Part shown: positions 31,435 through 42,080 of the stretch, one piece after another
How positions within the stretch are numbered: the first letter of the stretch is position 1
Layout: each line of letters starts with the position of its first letter
Assembly: GCA_964549495.1 (NCBI GenBank)
Contig: CAZJWJ010000002.1
Location: 28,559 to 92,558, forward strand
Length of the DNA stretch: 64,000 nucleotides
Source: an uncultured Anaerolineales bacterium
Lineage (GTDB): Bacteria; Chloroflexota; Anaerolineae; Epilineales; Epilineaceae
Direction: 5' to 3'
Program-made: the position numbers and the translations under genes
Notes under the pieces: model-generated
What the model saw: only the letters and a program-made list of their open reading frames with translations
What the model was told of the DNA's origin: nothing
The model's database searches: none

Positions 31435-31443
31435 ATTATAACA
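31435..31443 (-). promoter_or_regulatory. Extended -10 (TGtTATAAT) for glpX-rho
   Basis: Plus strand ATTATAACA is a consensus TGnTATAAT on the minus strand. Confidence 0.65.
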
Positions 31444-31515
31444 GAGCTGGCGCCGGGACGTGAAGCCGGGGCGAAAGGTCGGACGGGCAAGACATCCTGG
31501 CGCAGTGCGGGGGCT

Positions 31516-32769
31516 TCAGCCTTCTTCGAGCGCGGCGGCGATCGCCTCGTCGCGGTGCAGCCGGCGCGTGGGGATGCGGTTGGCCGCCAGCGCGGCCGCC
31601 AGCGCATCGTTGCTGCCGGCCGGGCCGAAGCTGTTGGCGTCGACCAGGACCACCAGGCTGTGCACACCGCGCAGCTTCAGGGCGCGCAAGGCCTCCACCC
31701 AGCGCAGCGAGGTGGTGGCGGTGATGACCACCAGGGTGGCATGCCGCTTGAGCTCGTGGCTCTCGGCGGAGAGCACCTCCGAGAGACCCGAGCGGCCCGC
31801 GGCCCGCAGGACGGCCAGGTGGGTGAGGATCTTGGAGATCTGGCGGTCGCCGCGATCGGGCTGGGCGACGATCCGGCGCTGCCCGTGGGCGATCAAGCCC
31901 ACGCTCTTGCCGTCCTCCAGGAAATGCCGTGCCAGGCTGGCCGCCGCCACCACGGCATACTCCTCGGTGCTGGGCAGGACCTCCGGCAGGTCCTCGTCCA
32001 CCCAGGGCATGGCCGAGCCGGGCTCCGCCTCGCGATCCGCCTCGGCCGCCGCCACGTGGGCGTCCCGATCCAAATCGAGCAGGATCCAGTAGTCGGCGAT
32101 GGGGTCCAGCTCGAACTCGCGGGTGTAGAGCTGGTTGCGACGGGCCGAGGTCGGCCAGTGGATGCGCTTGAAGTCATCCCCCGGCCGGTAGCCGCGGACG
32201 CCGCGCACGTTGGTGGTGGCCAGCTCGCTGCGCCTGCGGATGACCTGACCGCCCGAGAGATAGCCGGTGGGTAGGTCCAGGGCGCGCAAGGGCAGGCTGC
32301 GCGGGTAGACCACGAAGGGAGCGGTCTGACCGTACTTGCGCTCGAGCCGGAAGATCCCCAAGGGATCGCCGCCGGCCACCGTCATCGGCCCCAGGCGGAA
32401 CATGCCGCGCCGGCGGCAGACCGTGCGCACCGTCCAGCGCCGCGTGCGGCCCGGAGCCATGGTCGACAGCACGCGGCTGGCGTGATGTCCCGGCAGATCG
32501 CTGTGGTCGCGCACCTCCAGAAAGAGCTTGGGCAGCCAGCCGCGATTGGTCAGGCCGAAGCTCTCCTCGGCCAGTCCGCCCACCTCGGCCCGGCTGGCCC
32601 GGGTCCGGCGCGAGATCTCGATCCAGCGCACCGAGCTCCAGGTGAGCAGGGCGGCCACCGCCAGCAAGCTCGAGAGGGCCCAGGTGAGCCGCCAGATCAA
32701 GGGATGGCCGAAGAGCAATGCGATGGCGGCGACCACCAGCGTGACACCGACCAGAAAGCGACCGTGCAT
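31516..32769 (-). CDS. DUF58 domain protein with N-terminal TMs
   Basis: DPLGIFR, VRGYRPGDDFKRIHWPTSAR, LYTREFE. Confidence 0.9.
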   Translation of the reverse strand: MHGRFLVGVTLVVAAIALLFGHPLIWRLTWALSSLLAVAALLTWSSVRWIEISRRTRASRAEVGGLAEESFGLTNRGWLPKLFLEVRDHSDLPGHHASRVLSTMAPGRTRRWTVRTVCRRRGMFRLGPMTVAGGDPLGIFRLERKYGQTAPFVVYPRSLPLRALDLPTGYLSGGQVIRRRSELATTNVRGVRGYRPGDDFKRIHWPTSARRNQLYTREFELDPIADYWILLDLDRDAHVAAAEADREAEPGSAMPWVDEDLPEVLPSTEEYAVVAAASLARHFLEDGKSVGLIAHGQRRIVAQPDRGDRQISKILTHLAVLRAAGRSGLSEVLSAESHELKRHATLVVITATTSLRWVEALRALKLRGVHSLVVLVDANSFGPAGSNDALAAALAANRIPTRRLHRDEAIAAALEEG

Positions 32770-32770
32770 G

Positions 32771-33718
<948 letters not shown>

Positions 33719-33946
33719 GCGGTCTCTCTCTCGTTTTGCTAGGGCGGTGCGGTCGCTCATGGAAAGTCGGTGACTTGGGGGCGAGCTAACGATAGCATTC
33801 GCGGATCGGCTGCCCATCCACCCGTGGCCCGCGCCCCATCGATGGCTCCCGGTAGCCGAGCCTTACGAGCCGAGCCCTGATCAAAACGAAGGGATCCGGC
33901 TCGGGGTTCAGACGCCTGCGCAGTCCTTGTGGTATCGTTGCCGACC

Positions 33947-35095
33947 GTGAACGACGAACGCATCGCGCTCTACGAGCTCGACCACGAGGGCCTGGAGGCC
34001 TTGATGGCCGAGCTGGGACAGCCTCGCTACCGAGCCGACCAGATCTGGCGATGGCTCTACCGCCACCTGGCCGATGACTTCGGCGCGATGAGCGACCTTC
34101 CCGCCGATCTGCGCGACCGGCTGGCCGAGAGATGCCGGCTCGAGCGGCTCCGGCCCTTGGCCCGGACCGAGAGCGAGGATGGTCTGGCGACCAAGTTCCT
34201 CTTCGGGCTGCCGGACGGCCAGCAGGTCGAGACGGTGCTGATGCACTACGTCGATCCGGCCGATGAGGACCCGGACGGGCCAAACGAAGGCGAGATCCCG
34301 GCCGGCCGGCATACCATCTGTCTGTCGACCCAGGCCGGTTGCGCGATGGGCTGCGTCTTCTGCGCCACCGGTCAGATGGGCTTGCTGCGCGACCTGAGCG
34401 TCGGCGAATGCGTCGAGCAGGTCCTGCATTGCGCTCGCTTGCTGCGCGCGGCCGGCGAGCGTCTCGACAACGTGGTCTTCATGGGCATGGGCGAGCCCCT
34501 GGCCAATTGGGAAGCCACCTGGGCTTGTGTCGAGCGCCTGATCGATCCGGAGGGCTTGGGACTCAGCCCGCGGCGCCTGACCATCTCGACCGTGGGCATC
34601 GTGCCCGGCATCCGCCGGCTGGCCGAGAGCGGCTTGCCGCTGCGCCTGGCGGTCTCGCTGCACGCGCCGGACGATGCGCTGCGCAGCCGATTGGTGGCGG
34701 TGAACCAGGTCTACGGTCTGTCGGAGATCCTGGCGGCTTGCCGCGACTACCAAGCCGCCGGGGGGCGCCGCATCACCTTCGAATACGTGCTCATCGCCGG
34801 GGTCAACGACGCGATCGAGCAGGCACGGCATCTGGCCGCGCGGCTGGGCGGCCTGGACGCGCACGTCAACCTGATCCCGCTCAACCCCACCGACGGCAGT
34901 CCGATGCGGCCCAGCCCTTATCGCGACGCGGTGGCCTTCCAGGACGCCCTGCGCGCGTCCGGGCTCGGCACGACCCTGCGCATGCGCAGGGGCATCGACG
35001 TTCAAGCCGGCTGCGGGCAGTTGCGCAGCCGCAGCCAGACCGGCCAGATGGGCCGGACCATCCCCTTGCTCGAAGACACGGGAGCCCGCTCATGA
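33947..35095 (+). CDS. rlmN: 23S rRNA m2A2503/tRNA m2A37 radical-SAM methyltransferase
   Basis: CLSTQAGCAMGCVFCATG, FMGMGEPLAN, SLHAP, ITFEYVLI, GCGQL. Start GTG 33947 or 33929. Confidence 0.95.
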   Translation: MNDERIALYELDHEGLEALMAELGQPRYRADQIWRWLYRHLADDFGAMSDLPADLRDRLAERCRLERLRPLARTESEDGLATKFLFGLPDGQQVETVLMHYVDPADEDPDGPNEGEIPAGRHTICLSTQAGCAMGCVFCATGQMGLLRDLSVGECVEQVLHCARLLRAAGERLDNVVFMGMGEPLANWEATWACVERLIDPEGLGLSPRRLTISTVGIVPGIRRLAESGLPLRLAVSLHAPDDALRSRLVAVNQVYGLSEILAACRDYQAAGGRRITFEYVLIAGVNDAIEQARHLAARLGGLDAHVNLIPLNPTDGSPMRPSPYRDAVAFQDALRASGLGTTLRMRRGIDVQAGCGQLRSRSQTGQMGRTIPLLEDTGARS

Positions 35096-35814
35096 GCCAG
35101 CCGCACCCGGACCTGGAGATCCTGCCTTCCATCCTCTCGGCCGACTTCGCCCGATTGGGCGCGGACGTGGAGGCCGTGGCCGCCGCCGGCGTGCGCAAGC
35201 TGCACGTCGACGTGATGGACGGGCGCTTCGTGCCCAACATCTCCATCGGCCTGCCGGTGCTGCGCTCCCTTCGCCAGGCCACCGATCTCTTCCTCGACTG
35301 CCACCTGATGATCGTGGAGCCGGAGCGCTATGCCCTGGAGTTCGCCCGCTACGGTGCGGACGGCGTGACGATCCACGTCGAGGCCTGCCGGCACCCCCAT
35401 CGCTTGCTGCAGCAGCTGCGCGACGCCGGGGTGGTGGCAGGCGTGGCCCTGAACCCGGGCACACCCCTGTCGAGCATCGAGGAACTCTTGCCCCTGCTCG
35501 ACCTCGTCCTGATCATGACCGTGAACCCGGGCTTCGGAGGCCAGAGCTTCATCGCGCCGATGCGCTCCAAGATCGAGCGATTGCAGGCGCTCATCGAGGA
35601 GGCGGGGGCGCCGGTGACCATTCAGGTCGACGGCGGGATCGCGCCGGGAACGGCCGGCGCGGTGGTCGCGGCCGGCGCGAGAGAGCTCGTGGCCGGCTCG
35701 GCTGTCTTCTCGACGGGCAAGCCGCCATCCGCGGCCCTGGCCGAGCTTCGCGCCGCGGCCGAGCGCGGACTGAGTGCGCCAAGCGCCGGAACTCGGGGCG
35801 GCTCCACGGATTGA
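35092..35814 (+). CDS. rpe: Ribulose-phosphate 3-epimerase
   Basis: PSILSADF, HVDVMDGRFVPN, MTVNPGFGGQ, VDGGI. Confidence 0.96.
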   Translation: MSQPHPDLEILPSILSADFARLGADVEAVAAAGVRKLHVDVMDGRFVPNISIGLPVLRSLRQATDLFLDCHLMIVEPERYALEFARYGADGVTIHVEACRHPHRLLQQLRDAGVVAGVALNPGTPLSSIEELLPLLDLVLIMTVNPGFGGQSFIAPMRSKIERLQALIEEAGAPVTIQVDGGIAPGTAGAVVAAGARELVAGSAVFSTGKPPSAALAELRAAAERGLSAPSAGTRGGSTD

Positions 35815-35903
35815 GACCGGTTCGTGGCGCGGGCGAGTTACATTAGGGGCGGCTGAGCTCAGAGATCCGGCCCGGGCTCATCCACCCCGGCCTCGGCGAA
35901 AGC

Positions 35904-36086
35904 TCAGCCGGACTTGCTCATCGTGCGCAAACAGCGGGTGCAGACCTTGACCCGCTTCTTCTTGCCGTCCTCGTAGACCGTGGCGCTCTGCACGTTGATG
36001 CTGAAGCGTCGCTTGGTCGCCTTGAGCGAGAAGGGGCGGCTCTGGCCGAACATCGGCGACTTTCCGCACTTGTAGCACTTGGCCAT
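35904..36086 (-). CDS. rpmB: 50S ribosomal protein L28 (Zn-binding Cys type)
   Basis: MAKCYKCGK...TKRRFSINVQ...VCTRCLRT. Confidence 0.95.
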   Translation of the reverse strand: MAKCYKCGKSPMFGQSRPFSLKATKRRFSINVQSATVYEDGKKKRVKVCTRCLRTMSKSG

Positions 36087-36228
36087 CGGTTCACCTCGAA
36101 GTGATGCGTCGATCGATGGTTACCTAAGGTATGGGCCGGTCACGGCCGCGGGGCTCCATCGATTGAAGTCGAGCGTACGAATCCAATAGACTAGCAGCCG
36201 GGCGATGGCCGAGCAAGGCGCGGCATCC

Positions 36229-36257
36229 TTGACCCTCCCGAGGGCGCCCGCTATGCT
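36229..36257 (+). promoter_or_regulatory. sigma70 promoter TTGACC-N17-TATGCT of recG (leaderless)
   Basis: Near-consensus hexamers; ATG 36265 lies 7 nt after the -10. Confidence 0.7.
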
Positions 36258-36264
36258 CGCCGGC

Positions 36265-38829
36265 ATGCATCCCGACATCGAGCGCATGGTCAAGATCCTC
36301 GAGCTCGAGCGAGAACAGGGCTGCCGCGATCGGGCCGTCCAAGGCGGGCTCGAGGCCTTCGCCGAGCGCTGGGGCGAGGCCGCGGCCAGCTCCCTACCCG
36401 ATCTCAAGATCGATCGGGTGACCTCGGCCCTCGAGGGCTACGGCGAACAGCAGGAGACCGAACGCGAGAAGGGCGTCATCAACGCTCTCCGCGCGCTGCG
36501 CGGCACCCGCGGCGGGGGCAAGCAGCGCGACCGGGGTCGGTCCGCCGGTGCATCGGCCGCCCGCTCCGATCGGCCGGTTGCCCGCTCGGCGGCCAAGCCC
36601 CCCGCCCCGGCGGCCCTGGACCCCGGCCGCGAGCACCCTCCGCGCGATCGCCCGGAGCTCGACCTCCCCGTACGCGACTTGCGGGGCATCGGCGACAAGG
36701 CCGCGGGCCATCTGGCGCGACTGGAGCTGCACAGCATTCGCGACCTCCTCCTGCACCTGCCGGCCCGCTACCGCGATTTCCGCGACATGCCGCGCATCGA
36801 TCAGCTGGAGGTGGGCCAGGATGCCACGGTGGCCGCGACCATCTGGCGCGTCAGCGGCCGGCGCATCGGCGGCAACCGGCATCTGCTGAGCCTGATCCTC
36901 AGCGACACCACGGGGCAACTGCAGGTCAGCTACTTCAACCAGCCCTACTTGGAGAAGCGCTTCCGGCGCGGGCAGCAGATCGTGGTCAGCGGCAAGGTGG
37001 AGGTGCGGGCGGGCCGCTTGACGATGAGCTCGCCGGAATGGGAGGGCATCGACCAACAGAAGGCGCATACCGCCCGGATGGTGCCGATCTACCCCCTGAC
37101 CGAGGGGATCAAACAGCGCTGGCTGCGACGACAGATCTTGCAGGCCCTCGAGCGCTGGGTGGATGCCTTCGGCGATCCCTTGCCTGCCTCTCTGCGCGCC
37201 GAGCACGATCTATTGGCCTTCCCGGACGCCCTGCGCGAGCTCCACTTTCCGCGGGACGCGGCGCATCTGGAGCGCGCCCGCCGCCGCCTGGCCTTCGACG
37301 ACCTCTTGTTGGTGCAGCTCTGGGCCGGGCGTCGCCGGCGGGCGCGCAAGTCGCAGCCCGGCGTCAATCTGGCCGAGGGACTCCTGGAGATGCGGCGTTT
37401 CGTCGATGCCCTGCCCTACGAGCTGACCCGCGCGGAGCCCGACCGTCCAGACCGGCGGGGCCAGCGCGAGGTGATCCGCGAGATCGTCGACGATCTCTCC
37501 CGACCCGAGCCGATGAGCCGCCTCTTGCAAGGCGACGTGGGCTGTGGCAAGACGGCGGTGGCCGGCGCGGCGCTGGCCCTCTGCGTCGGCGCGGGGCATC
37601 AAGGCGCCCTGATGGCGCCGACCGAGATCCTGGCCGAGCAGCATTTCCGCAGCCTGCTGGCGAGCTTCGAGCCGCTGGGCTATCGGCCCTTCGACCCTTC
37701 GGCGCCGGATCGGGATGCCGATCGGCACCGCATCGCCCGCTTGGTCGGCAGCATGAGCGCGGGCGACAAGGACCGAACGGCCGAAGCCCTCCGAAGGGGC
37801 GAGGTGGAGCTGGTGGTGGGAACCCACGCGGTCATCCAGGACCGCGTGGCCTTCCGCTGCCTGGGCCTGGCCATCGTCGACGAGAAGCACCGCTTCGGCG
37901 TGCTGCAAAAGGCCGAGCTGCTGCTCAAGGGCAGTCGCGGTGGCGGGGCCGAGGCGGCCCAGCCGCATTTCTTGCTGATGACGGCCACGCCCATCCCGCG
38001 CAGCATGAAGCTGGCCATGCTCGGTGATGCCGACGTCAGCGTGATCGAGACCATGCCGCCGGGGCGCAAGGCCATCCGCAGCCATCTCTTGTCGCCCTCC
38101 GAGCGAGCCCGGGCGCATGCCTTCATCCGCCGGCGCGTCCTCGAGCGGGGGCAGCAAGCCTACATCGTCCATCCCCTGGTGGAGGAATCGGAGTCCATCG
38201 ATGCCCGAGCGGCGGTGGAGTCCTTCCCCGAGCTCGATCAGGAGGTCTTCGGTGACCTGGAGGTCGGCCTCTTGCACGGTCAGCTGCGGCCGGCGGAGAA
38301 GGAGGCGGTCATGCGCCGCTTCCAGGCCGGCGAGATCGACGTGCTCGTAGCCACCAGCGTCATCGAGGTGGGTGTCGACGTGCCGAACGCCACCGTCATG
38401 CTCATCGAGAACGCCGAGCGCTTCGGTCTGGCCCAACTGCACCAGTTCCGGGGGCGGGTGGGGCGAGGCTCCGAGGACAGCACCTGTCTCTTCATCTCGG
38501 AAGCGCGGTCCGAGAGCGCGCGAAAGCGCCTCGAGGCCCTGGTGGAGCCGATCACCGATCCGAAGACCGGGCAGAAGCGTCTGCGCACGGGCCTCGAGCT
38601 GGCCAAGTTCGACCTCGATCAGCGAGGTCCGGGCGATCTCTTCGGACTGCGTCAGGCCGGTTGGGAGACCGAGCTGCGCTTTGCCCACCTGGCGTCCACC
38701 GAGTCCATGATCTTGGCCTCGCGCGTGGCCGAGCGTTTGATGCGCGACGATCCATGGCTGGCCGGCGAGGGCCTGGCGGTCCTTCGGGAGCGCGTCGACG
38801 CGCTGATCGAGGCCCGCGAGCGCATTTGA
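36265..38829 (+). CDS. recG: ATP-dependent DNA helicase RecG
   Basis: OB/wedge domain, LLQGDVGCGKT, MAPTEILAEQH, DEKHRFG, MTATPIPR, GLAQLHQFRGRVGRG. Confidence 0.95.
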   Translation: MHPDIERMVKILELEREQGCRDRAVQGGLEAFAERWGEAAASSLPDLKIDRVTSALEGYGEQQETEREKGVINALRALRGTRGGGKQRDRGRSAGASAARSDRPVARSAAKPPAPAALDPGREHPPRDRPELDLPVRDLRGIGDKAAGHLARLELHSIRDLLLHLPARYRDFRDMPRIDQLEVGQDATVAATIWRVSGRRIGGNRHLLSLILSDTTGQLQVSYFNQPYLEKRFRRGQQIVVSGKVEVRAGRLTMSSPEWEGIDQQKAHTARMVPIYPLTEGIKQRWLRRQILQALERWVDAFGDPLPASLRAEHDLLAFPDALRELHFPRDAAHLERARRRLAFDDLLLVQLWAGRRRRARKSQPGVNLAEGLLEMRRFVDALPYELTRAEPDRPDRRGQREVIREIVDDLSRPEPMSRLLQGDVGCGKTAVAGAALALCVGAGHQGALMAPTEILAEQHFRSLLASFEPLGYRPFDPSAPDRDADRHRIARLVGSMSAGDKDRTAEALRRGEVELVVGTHAVIQDRVAFRCLGLAIVDEKHRFGVLQKAELLLKGSRGGGAEAAQPHFLLMTATPIPRSMKLAMLGDADVSVIETMPPGRKAIRSHLLSPSERARAHAFIRRRVLERGQQAYIVHPLVEESESIDARAAVESFPELDQEVFGDLEVGLLHGQLRPAEKEAVMRRFQAGEIDVLVATSVIEVGVDVPNATVMLIENAERFGLAQLHQFRGRVGRGSEDSTCLFISEARSESARKRLEALVEPITDPKTGQKRLRTGLELAKFDLDQRGPGDLFGLRQAGWETELRFAHLASTESMILASRVAERLMRDDPWLAGEGLAVLRERVDALIEARERI

Positions 38830-38898
38830 CCGCCGGCCGATCGGCCGGCGCATGTCGACCGACGGGCGCCGGCATGATATCATCGCCGCAGGAGGAGC

Positions 38899-39444
38899 AT
38901 GGACTCGATCGCCGTCTTTCCGGCCACCTTCGATCCGATCACCAACGGTCATCTCGCCATCGCCGAGCGCGCGGCGCGATTGTTCGACCGTCTGGTGATC
39001 GGCGTATACAATCACCCGGGCTCGGCCGGCAACGGCGCGAGCTTCAAGCAGCCGCTGTTCAGCGCGGACGAGCGCGTTTCGTTGGTCCGAGCGTCGGCGA
39101 CCCATCTGGAGAACCTATCGGTGCGCCGGTTCGACGGTCTCGCGATCGACTTCGCGCGCGAAGAGAAGGCCAGCGCCATCGTGCGCGGCCTGCGCGTGGC
39201 CGACGACTTCGAGTTCGAGCGGCAGATGGCGATGATGAACCGGCACCTGGCGCCCGAGGTGGAGACCCTCTTGCTTATCAGCGAGCCGGGGCATGCCTTC
39301 GTCAGCGCATCCATCGTCCGTGAGGTGGCCCTCATGGGCGGAGACGTGAGCCAGCTCGTGCCGCCCTTGGTGGCCGATGCCCTGGAACAGAAGACGCGCC
39401 AGTTGCGTCGCGCCGGCCGTGTGGCGCCGCGCAACCTGGCCTAG
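38899..39444 (+). CDS. coaD: Phosphopantetheine adenylyltransferase
   Basis: FPATFDPITNGH, IVRGLRVADDFEFE, VSASIVREVA; AGGAGG RBS. Confidence 0.95.
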   Translation: MDSIAVFPATFDPITNGHLAIAERAARLFDRLVIGVYNHPGSAGNGASFKQPLFSADERVSLVRASATHLENLSVRRFDGLAIDFAREEKASAIVRGLRVADDFEFERQMAMMNRHLAPEVETLLLISEPGHAFVSASIVREVALMGGDVSQLVPPLVADALEQKTRQLRRAGRVAPRNLA

Positions 39445-39483
39445 CCCCGCAAACGGGATGTCCGCCACCAAGGGAGGTGCGCC

Positions 39484-40002
39484 ATCGATCTCGAATACTT
39501 GATCGACCGGCTCGAGGAGTTGCTCGACCGAGGCGCTCGGGTGCCGATGACCACCCGGGTGATCATCGACGAGAACGAGTACCTGCGCCTCATCGACCAG
39601 ATGCGCATCAGCGTTCCGCAGGAGATCAAGAACGCGCGACAGGTCGAGAGCGAACGCGAGGCGCGCCTGGCGGCCGCCCAGGAGCAAGCCGAGTCGATCA
39701 TCGCCGCCGGCCGCGAGCAGGCCGAGTCGCTGACCGCGGAGCATGTCGTGCTGGCCCAGGCCCAGGAGCGGGCCGACGAGGTGCTGACCCAGGCCTACCA
39801 GGAGGCGGCGCAGATCCGCAGCGAGGCCGATGCCTACGCGCTGGAGGTCCTGCACCGCATCGGCGCCCAGCTGGAGGGCTTCGGTCAGACGGTCCGCAAC
39901 GGCATCCGTCTCCTGGAAGCGGGGGATCCGGTACGCGGTGAGTCCGCGGAGCCTGCCGAATCCGTCGAGCCCCAACCGGCCGGCGGTGAGCGCTCTTCCT
40001 GA
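39484..40002 (+). CDS. Coiled-coil protein (DivIVA/ATP-synthase-b-like) typical of the coaD-yceD interval
   Basis: IDRLEELL...VIIDENEYLRLIDQMRISVPQEIK followed by Ala/Glu/Gln coiled coil; probable ATC start at 39484 (first canonical start TTG 39499). Confidence 0.8.
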   Translation: MDLEYLIDRLEELLDRGARVPMTTRVIIDENEYLRLIDQMRISVPQEIKNARQVESEREARLAAAQEQAESIIAAGREQAESLTAEHVVLAQAQERADEVLTQAYQEAAQIRSEADAYALEVLHRIGAQLEGFGQTVRNGIRLLEAGDPVRGESAEPAESVEPQPAGGERSS

Positions 40003-40143
40003 TCCTTGACCTCTAGCCCATAGCGCCCAGTCCGAGGCTCTTGGTCGTGCCCCGCGCATCCACTATATTTAACGTCCTTGGCTGGATGGCAGCGTTCGCC
40101 ATCCGGCCGCATGCGTTGAGGACGAGAATGGAGGAGGGAAGCG

Positions 40144-40695
40144 ATGCGCTACCGCGTCTCCGACCTGCTCAAGTCTTCCTTGGGTCGCAGCCGGGATGTC
40201 GAGTTGGAGTCCTGGTTGGAAGGCGAAGAGTCCCAGATCGAGCTGACCGCACCCCTGACCGCCCAGCTCCGACTGGTGCGCGACCCGGCCGGCATCCTGG
40301 TCATGGGCAGGGTGAGTACGCGAATCCGAACGCACTGTGCTCGCTGCCTGGATCCGGTCGAGTTGGAGGTCGAGTTCGACCTGTCAGAGCACTTCCGGCC
40401 GACCGTCATCATCCCGGATGGGCCGCCCATCGAGCCGGACCCCGAGGAGGAGCAGGAAGACATCACCGACCTGGATGAGCAGCACGTGCTGGATCTTGGC
40501 GGCGTGCTGTGGCAAAATCTAGAGCTTGCCGTTCCCGCATTGCCGCTGTGCCGACCGGATTGTCTCGGGCTCTGTCCGAGTTGCGGGGCCAACTTGAACG
40601 TCGAGACCTGCAGCTGCGAGCCCGAGCCCGATCCGCGGTGGGCGGACCTGGCCGAGATTCGGGCTCGCATGGAGCAGGAGACGAGTGAAGACTAG
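40144..40695 (+). CDS. yceD: DUF177/YceD family protein
   Basis: CARCLDP and LCRPDCLGLCPSCGANLN...DPRWADL; upstream of rpmF. Confidence 0.92.
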   Translation: MRYRVSDLLKSSLGRSRDVELESWLEGEESQIELTAPLTAQLRLVRDPAGILVMGRVSTRIRTHCARCLDPVELEVEFDLSEHFRPTVIIPDGPPIEPDPEEEQEDITDLDEQHVLDLGGVLWQNLELAVPALPLCRPDCLGLCPSCGANLNVETCSCEPEPDPRWADLAEIRARMEQETSED

Positions 40696-40841
40696 AGAGG
40701 TCTAGTGAAGACCGGGGGTCGGCGATTCTTCGCCCCCCGAACACCGCATGGCCATCGGGCCGCGCCCCCGGCGCTCCGGTGGCCCCATCGCGCCGAGGCC
40801 CGACCGGGCCGGCCGAATCGCCGATCGCAAGGAGTCATGCC

Positions 40842-41030
40842 ATGGGTGCCGTGCCCAAGAGTCGAATCAGCAAGCGCCGCAAGCGCAACCGCCGGGGCCA
40901 CGACAAGATCCAGGCCGTCAAGCTCGTGCGCTGCCAGACCTGTGATGCCTTCCATCAACCGCATCACATGTGCCCCGAGTGCGGGTCCTTCCGCGGGATC
41001 CAAGTCGTCGACCTCGAAGAGGAATTCTGA
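40842..41030 (+). CDS. rpmF: 50S ribosomal protein L32
   Basis: MGAVPKSRISKRRKRNRRGH...CQTC...HHMCPECG; AAGGAG RBS. Confidence 0.95.
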   Translation: MGAVPKSRISKRRKRNRRGHDKIQAVKLVRCQTCDAFHQPHHMCPECGSFRGIQVVDLEEEF

Positions 41031-41073
41031 TGCCGATTACGCTCGCTGATCGGCCGTGTGGAGCCGGCCCTCG

Positions 41074-42003
41074 ATGAGCGTCGCCTGGCTCTTTCCCGGA
41101 CAGGGCTCGCAGGCGGTGGGCATGGCCGGCGCTTGGGCTCGGCGATCGTCTTGCGCTCGCGAGGCCCTGGACGAGGCGGCCGAGGTGCTGGGCTTCGACC
41201 TGCCGGGCCTCATGGCCGAGGGCCCGGAGGAGCTGCTGAGCGACACCTACAACCAGCAGCCCGCGCTGCTGGCGGCCAGTGTGGCCATCCTCCGCGCGGC
41301 CTACGAGGACTTGCCGGCACCGGCCTACGTGGCCGGCCATTCGCTGGGCGAGTACAGCGCGCTGGTGGCAGCCGGCGCGCTGTCCTATCCGGATGCCTTG
41401 GGACTGGTGCGCGAGCGTGGGCGCTTGATGCAGCAGGCCGGTCAGCGCCAGCCCGGTCGCATGGCCGCGATCCTCGGCCTCGATGACCGGATCGTCGAGG
41501 AATGCTGCGCCGCGATCGAAGGCGCCGAGGTCGCGAACTACAACGCACCGGGACAGGTGGTGATCTCGGGCAGCGATCTGGGCATCGACGCGGCCGTCGA
41601 GGCCCTGGAGCGCGCCGGCGCCAAGCGGATCGTCGTCCTTCCCATCACCATCGCTGCGCATTCGGCCTTGATGACCGAGGCGGCCGCGCCCTTCGCCCGG
41701 CAGCTGGAGGCGGTGGCCCTGGCTCCGGCTTCGGTGCCCGTGGTGGCCAATCTCAGCGCAAGCCCCATCCAGGCGGTCGACGACATCCGCCGGGAACTGG
41801 TCGAACAGCTGACTGGCTCGGTGCGCTGGAGCGAGAGCGTGACCTACATGGCCGATGCCGGGGTGACCGACTACTATGAGATCGGATCCGGTCGGGTGCT
41901 CTGCGGTCTTGCCAAGCGCATCCTCCGCGGCCGGCCGGGGTCGGCCCCGACGCTGCATCCCATGGACCAGCCCCCGCTTGCCGAAGCGGGCGCGACCGGC
42001 TAA
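41074..42003 (+). CDS. fabD: Malonyl-CoA:ACP transacylase
   Basis: FPGQGSQ, AGHSLGEYSAL, ANYNAPGQVVISG, AAHS. Confidence 0.95.
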   Translation: MSVAWLFPGQGSQAVGMAGAWARRSSCAREALDEAAEVLGFDLPGLMAEGPEELLSDTYNQQPALLAASVAILRAAYEDLPAPAYVAGHSLGEYSALVAAGALSYPDALGLVRERGRLMQQAGQRQPGRMAAILGLDDRIVEECCAAIEGAEVANYNAPGQVVISGSDLGIDAAVEALERAGAKRIVVLPITIAAHSALMTEAAAPFARQLEAVALAPASVPVVANLSASPIQAVDDIRRELVEQLTGSVRWSESVTYMADAGVTDYYEIGSGRVLCGLAKRILRGRPGSAPTLHPMDQPPLAEAGATG

Positions 42004-42080
42004 CCGCCTAGGTCGGCCGCGTTGGCGGGCTTGCCCGCCAACGGGTTCGGACCGTCCCGATTGTTCGAAGGAGTCTCGAG

